In this document: positions 60,152 to 64,000 of the stretch, one piece after another
Numbering within the stretch: position 1 is the stretch's first letter
Layout of the letters: each line of letters starts with the position of its first letter
IMG/VR virus record: IMGVR_UViG_3300037258_000590
Coordinates: 146,384 to 210,383 of that record
Length of the DNA: 64,000 nt
Reading direction: 5' to 3' (one strand)
The notes under the pieces: model-generated
What the model was told of the DNA's origin: nothing
The model's input: the letters and a program-made list of their open reading frames with translations, nothing else
Databases searched by the model: none
Translations under genes and position numbers: made by a program

Positions 60152-62035
60152 CTACTTGATGCCGCCGAGGATGTCTTTGACCAGCCGCCGGTCCCGTACG
60201 AACTGGCCGAGCATGCCGGCCTTTTCCCGGAGGCGCTGCCTTACCCTGTCTTCCACCGTCCCGCGGGCCACCACGTCGATGATCTCCACGCAGTCGTGCT
60301 CCTGGCCGAGCCGGTGCGCCCGGTCTTCGGGCTGCGTGCCGTGATCCAGCTCCCAGTCCCGTTGCAGGAACACCACTGTGCTGGCCGCGGTCAGCGTGAT
60401 CCCGGTGCCGCCGACTTTGGCCATGGCCACGATGACGTCCAGCTTGCCCGCCTGGAATTCCCCGATCGCGGCCTGCCGGGTCCGGTTCGTGATGCCGCCG
60501 CCGATCCCGGCGATGTACCCGGTCCGGTAGCCGGCGTCCTGGCAGTATTTCCCGGTGATCATGGCCAGCTGCCGGGACGCGGTAAAGCACACGACCTGCT
60601 GGCCGGGCCGTTCGGCCATGATGCCCAGCAGCGACTCGGCCTTCCAGCTCGGCGCTTTCAGCGTGACCGCGTATTTCGCCGTCATCAGGCCGGTCACCGG
60701 GTCCAGCTCCTCGGTGCGGGTCACGTCGGCCGCGGAGCTGGCCAGCTGGGACAGCCGCATCAGCTGGACCAGGACCGACATGACCGGCAGCTCATCGCCG
60801 TCTGGCAGCTGGGCCAGCATGTCCTCCTCCATGCTCCGGTACGCCTTGACCCACTCGTCCGGGATCTCGGGCTTGCGCACCGAGTAGATCTTCGGCGGCA
60901 GCTGCGGCAGCACGTCGGCTTTAGCCACCCGTCGCATCTGCCGGTCCATGATCGCGAAGAACTCGGTCTCGGCGGCCGGGTTCAGGCCGGTGATCCGCTC
61001 GTTGTACTCATCGGTGATCCGGGCGCAGAACCTGGCCACCATCCGCTCTTTGGACGGCCAGGAGGCCGGGTCCATCGCTTCCAGCATCGGGTGCACGTCA
61101 CCCGTGTCGTGCTTGATCCCGGTACCGGACAGGCCGGTGACGGTGGCGGCATGCCGGGCGACCCGGCGCAGCGCGAGGGACTGCTTGCTCGCGTTGTTCA
61201 TCGTCAGGTGGAATTCGTCCGCGGTCACCGCCGCCGGGCGCAGCCTTACCAGCGGGCCGCGCATGTCCGCGGCGTCGATCCGGAGTGTCGCGTACGTGGT
61301 GATGAACACGGACTCGCCGGGGGGCGGCCCCTTCGGCCGCTCTGCCCTGCCGAACCGCTGCGGTCCCCGGTGCAGGACAGGTTCCGGCCAGTCCAGCCCC
61401 CAGGCCGCGATCTCATCGATCCAGGCCTGCCCGACTTCCCAGGACGGCACGACGATGAGCAGCGGGAAAATCCCGGTACCTGCCTTGCGGCGAGCCTGCA
61501 GGCCGAGCAGCATCGTAGCCGTCTTGCCCACCCCCGGGTCATCCAGGAGCAGGAATTTTCCTTCGGCGGCGATCTGCGCGGCACCGTCCAGCTGGTAGTC
61601 CCGCGGGGTCCGGGTCACCCAGGGCGGGTACAGCCCGGCGGGCAGCGGCGGAACCGGGCTGGTCTGGCGGACCGTCTCGGCGATGGTCCACTCGGCCAGC
61701 CGCGGCTGCGGTTCCCAGGAGAACCCCGGGTAGCCGTTGAAGCTGAACCCGAGCTGGACGACCGTCGCCCAGGTGGCGGGCACGATCGCCGCATCGGTAG
61801 GACGCCCGTCCTCCTGCACCAGCTTGACGGCCGGGGTCAGGGTGCGCAGCCGCGCCGCTATCTGGTCCAGCTCCCAGTCGTCCCCTTGAGCCACCAGGAC
61901 AATTGACTGATTATCAGGGGTCAGCTCACCGAACAGGACCGCTACCACGTCAGGACCAGCTCCCGGCCGGCGGAGCACGTGCACCACGGGCCTCGCCGTG
62001 CTTCCCGGCGCCGCTGCCGGAATCCTCTGAGCCAT
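60152..62035 (-). CDS. SNF2-family (SF2) helicase
   Basis: DDPGVGKT, DEFH, LSGT, G.GITLTAA, Q.EDRAHRLGQ. Confidence 0.88.
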   Translation of the reverse strand: MAQRIPAAAPGSTARPVVHVLRRPGAGPDVVAVLFGELTPDNQSIVLVAQGDDWELDQIAARLRTLTPAVKLVQEDGRPTDAAIVPATWATVVQLGFSFNGYPGFSWEPQPRLAEWTIAETVRQTSPVPPLPAGLYPPWVTRTPRDYQLDGAAQIAAEGKFLLLDDPGVGKTATMLLGLQARRKAGTGIFPLLIVVPSWEVGQAWIDEIAAWGLDWPEPVLHRGPQRFGRAERPKGPPPGESVFITTYATLRIDAADMRGPLVRLRPAAVTADEFHLTMNNASKQSLALRRVARHAATVTGLSGTGIKHDTGDVHPMLEAMDPASWPSKERMVARFCARITDEYNERITGLNPAAETEFFAIMDRQMRRVAKADVLPQLPPKIYSVRKPEIPDEWVKAYRSMEEDMLAQLPDGDELPVMSVLVQLMRLSQLASSAADVTRTEELDPVTGLMTAKYAVTLKAPSWKAESLLGIMAERPGQQVVCFTASRQLAMITGKYCQDAGYRTGYIAGIGGGITNRTRQAAIGEFQAGKLDVIVAMAKVGGTGITLTAASTVVFLQRDWELDHGTQPEDRAHRLGQEHDCVEIIDVVARGTVEDRVRQRLREKAGMLGQFVRDRRLVKDILGGIK

Positions 62036-62701
62036 GTCATGGCGCTAAGCCCCGGTGGCGTTGATGATGTCGGCGATCTCATCCGGGCTCTGGCCGTAGC
62101 CGGGCGGTCGCGCGGGCTCAGCCGGAGGCTGCGGGAGCCAGGGCCGGCAGTCGCCGGCGCGCGCGTACCAGCGGGTGCACATCGGCTGGCCTGGCGGCAG
62201 CCCGTGCACGGCCAGCGGCGCGCTGCCGTCCAGGACCTGGACCACGCCGGGCGGGGCAGCCCCTTCATGGCATTCCGGGCAGCCGCAGTGGGCTTCGCGG
62301 GTCATCGTGCTCTCGGCGCTGGCGCGGATACCGCAGTGATGCCCGCATTCAAGGGTAATGCTCATAGCGGCAGCCGCCCTGCTCGCGCCAGCCAGCCGCG
62401 CACCCGGGCTTCGATCCGGCCGGCGATCTCGAACGGCCACAGCACGGCAGGCAGCTCACGGGTCTGGCGGGGCGGCTGTCCGGGGGCAGCGGCCTGGCGG
62501 TGACCGCAGTGCGGGCCTGTGCAGCGGGGAGCGGCCGTCCAGTACGGCGTGCGGTGATCGCAGGGCGGGCGGCCCCGGAAGCTTCCGGGATGCAGGCGCT
62601 TGATGGCGGCGGCAATGGTCATGATCTGGTTACTCCCGGGTACGGAGACAGGTCCGGCCGGGGTACGGGATAGCCCGCGTCCCCGGCCGGAACGGCGGGC
62701 G

Positions 62702-64000
62702 TTACTGCTGCGGTGGCGCGCCCTGCTGGGCGCCTTGCTGGGTGAGAAGGCGGTTCATGAGCGCTTCCCGGCGCGCGGACATCTGCCCTGGCCCGCCAGG
62801 CGGATCCTGCGGGTACTGCTGAGCCGCGGCATACCCCTGGGGAGAGCCTGGCGGCAGCCCCTGGGGAGAGCCTGGCGGCAGCCCCTGGTGCGCTGCCGCG
62901 GCGGCCATCCCGGCCTGCGTGGCCATCGCGACCTGGGCACCCGGGCTCACGTACTGCCCCGGGTTGCCCTGCAGACCGGGCTGACCTTGATACGACGGCT
63001 GCTGAGGCGCCGTGTTCGCGTCAGCCTGGTACTGCTGCTGGTACTGCGGCTGCCCCTGATCTGGCGGCGGAACCTGATACTGCTGCTGGTACTGCGGCTG
63101 CCCCTGATCTGGCGGGGGAGCCTGATACTGCTGCTGGTACTGCGGCTGCCCCTGATCTGGCGGGGGAGCCTGGTACTGCGGCTGGTACTGCGGCTGCCCC
63201 TGATCTGGCGGCGGAACCTGATACTGCTGCTGGTACTGCGGCTGCCCCTGATCTGGCGGGGGAGCCTGGTACTGCTGCTGGTACTGCGGCTGCCCCTGAT
63301 CTGGCGGCGGAACCTGATACTGCTGCTGGTACTGCGGCTGCCCGTTAACCGGCTGCTGCGGGTAGGACTGCTTACTGGCTGGGTGCTGCCCGCTGGCGGT
63401 CGCATCCGGGCGGCGGTAGACGATCGCGTACTGCTTGGCCGCGTTCATGCCGGGTACCTGCCGGTAACCCGTGAACTCGATCTGGATCCAGGCACCGCTT
63501 TCCGGCACCAGGTTCCCGTGCTCATCCGGCGGGGCCTGCGCTTCGGCCATGGCTCGCGCCAGCTCGTCTTTGGCCTGGCCCTTGACGTACCAGGCCGCCC
63601 TGCCGTCCGTGAACAGCTGGCTGGGCTGAACTTGCAGCGGCACGATCATGTGCCATTTGAAGGATCCGTCCCGGTAGGTCTGTGCCTGCCCGGTCTGCAT
63701 GTTGGTCTGGATTTGTATATCCGCGTCTGTTAGGGGGCGGGCGACGATTCCTGCGATCTTCTGGCCGGGATTCGTAAAAAATTTGCCGAGTGACGCCCCG
63801 GCTGCGGCGGGCTGGTCGAAGAACCCGCCGAGTGTGCCCCGGGGGCGCGGCGGCCCTTGCGGCTGCCCCTGGGGAGGACCGTAGCCCTGCCCCTGGGGAG
63901 GACCGTAGCCCTGCCCCTGGGGAGGACCGTAGCCCTGCCCCTGGGGAGGACCGTAGCCCTGCCCCTGGGGAGGACCGTAGCCCTGCCCCTGGGGAGGACC
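62702..64000 (-). CDS. SSB-like protein with low-complexity tails (5' end outside window)
   Basis: frame is open from the window end; core ...DG..K...V.LQ...DG...YVKG...I.FTG...K.Y...Y resembles actinophage ssDNA-binding proteins; location in replication module. Confidence 0.5.
   Translation of the reverse strand, partial: GPPQGQGYGPPQGQGYGPPQGQGYGPPQGQGYGPPQGQGYGPPQGQPQGPPRPRGTLGGFFDQPAAAGASLGKFFTNPGQKIAGIVARPLTDADIQIQTNMQTGQAQTYRDGSFKWHMIVPLQVQPSQLFTDGRAAWYVKGQAKDELARAMAEAQAPPDEHGNLVPESGAWIQIEFTGYRQVPGMNAAKQYAIVYRRPDATASGQHPASKQSYPQQPVNGQPQYQQQYQVPPPDQGQPQYQQQYQAPPPDQGQPQYQQQYQVPPPDQGQPQYQPQYQAPPPDQGQPQYQQQYQAPPPDQGQPQYQQQYQVPPPDQGQPQYQQQYQADANTAPQQPSYQGQPGLQGNPGQYVSPGAQVAMATQAGMAAAAAHQGLPPGSPQGLPPGSPQGYAAAQQYPQDPPGGPGQMSARREALMNRLLTQQGAQQGAPPQQ
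63023..63343 (-). repeat. 48-bp tandem repeat, ~6.7 copies (GQPQYQQQYQ[A/V]PPPDQ)
   Basis: direct reading. Confidence 0.95.
63865..64000 (-). repeat. 24-bp tandem repeat, >5 copies (QGYGPPQG), runs off the window
   Basis: CCCCTGGGGAGGACCGTAGCCCTG repeated. Confidence 0.95.

Noticed and set aside
59708-61906. 732-aa + strand ORF (and similar long antisense ORFs such as 48778..50169 and 43399..44751)
   Set aside because: These are shadow ORFs opposite motif-bearing genes, as expected in high-GC DNA
62574-62589. CCGGAAGCTTCCGG palindrome (similar near 58155 and 19392) as a ribozyme relic
   Set aside because: No flanking GAAAC/GTC/SD context, mostly within ORFs; likely chance
1-64000. Retron/DGR or autonomous retroelement driving the repeats; tRNA genes
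   Set aside because: No reverse transcriptase motif or cloverleaf was recognised in this window; they could lie outside it

Overview
High-GC phage-like DNA, most consistent with a large actinobacteriophage or prophage. No capsid, terminase, integrase, tRNA or CRISPR array is visible in this window. Positions ~1-45.5 kb are a co-oriented + strand run of about 80 mostly small hypothetical genes. Recognisable ones include DUF4192, a GIY-YIG-like nuclease, an AAA_25-type ATPase, an intein-containing TopoVI-A/TOPRIM-like protein and a CCA-adding enzyme with an HD domain. From ~45.5 kb to the end is a convergent - strand module: HNH, GH25 endolysin, RecD-like helicase, DUF1643, a frameshifted MT-A70 methyltransferase, a split family-A DNA polymerase whose exonuclease is fused to a PrimPol/SF3 helicase, RuvC-like, MazG-like, SNF2 helicase and an SSB-like protein with Q/P/Y/G repeats. 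The main observation is a family of intergenic repeats in the first ~26 kb that fold as type II pseudoknotted hammerhead ribozymes. Five copies keep an intact core and more than ten are decayed. They often start at the upstream stop codon and end at the Shine-Dalgarno of the next gene, so the gene array appears punctuated by self-cleaving RNAs. All functional calls come from reading motifs by eye; no database searches were run.
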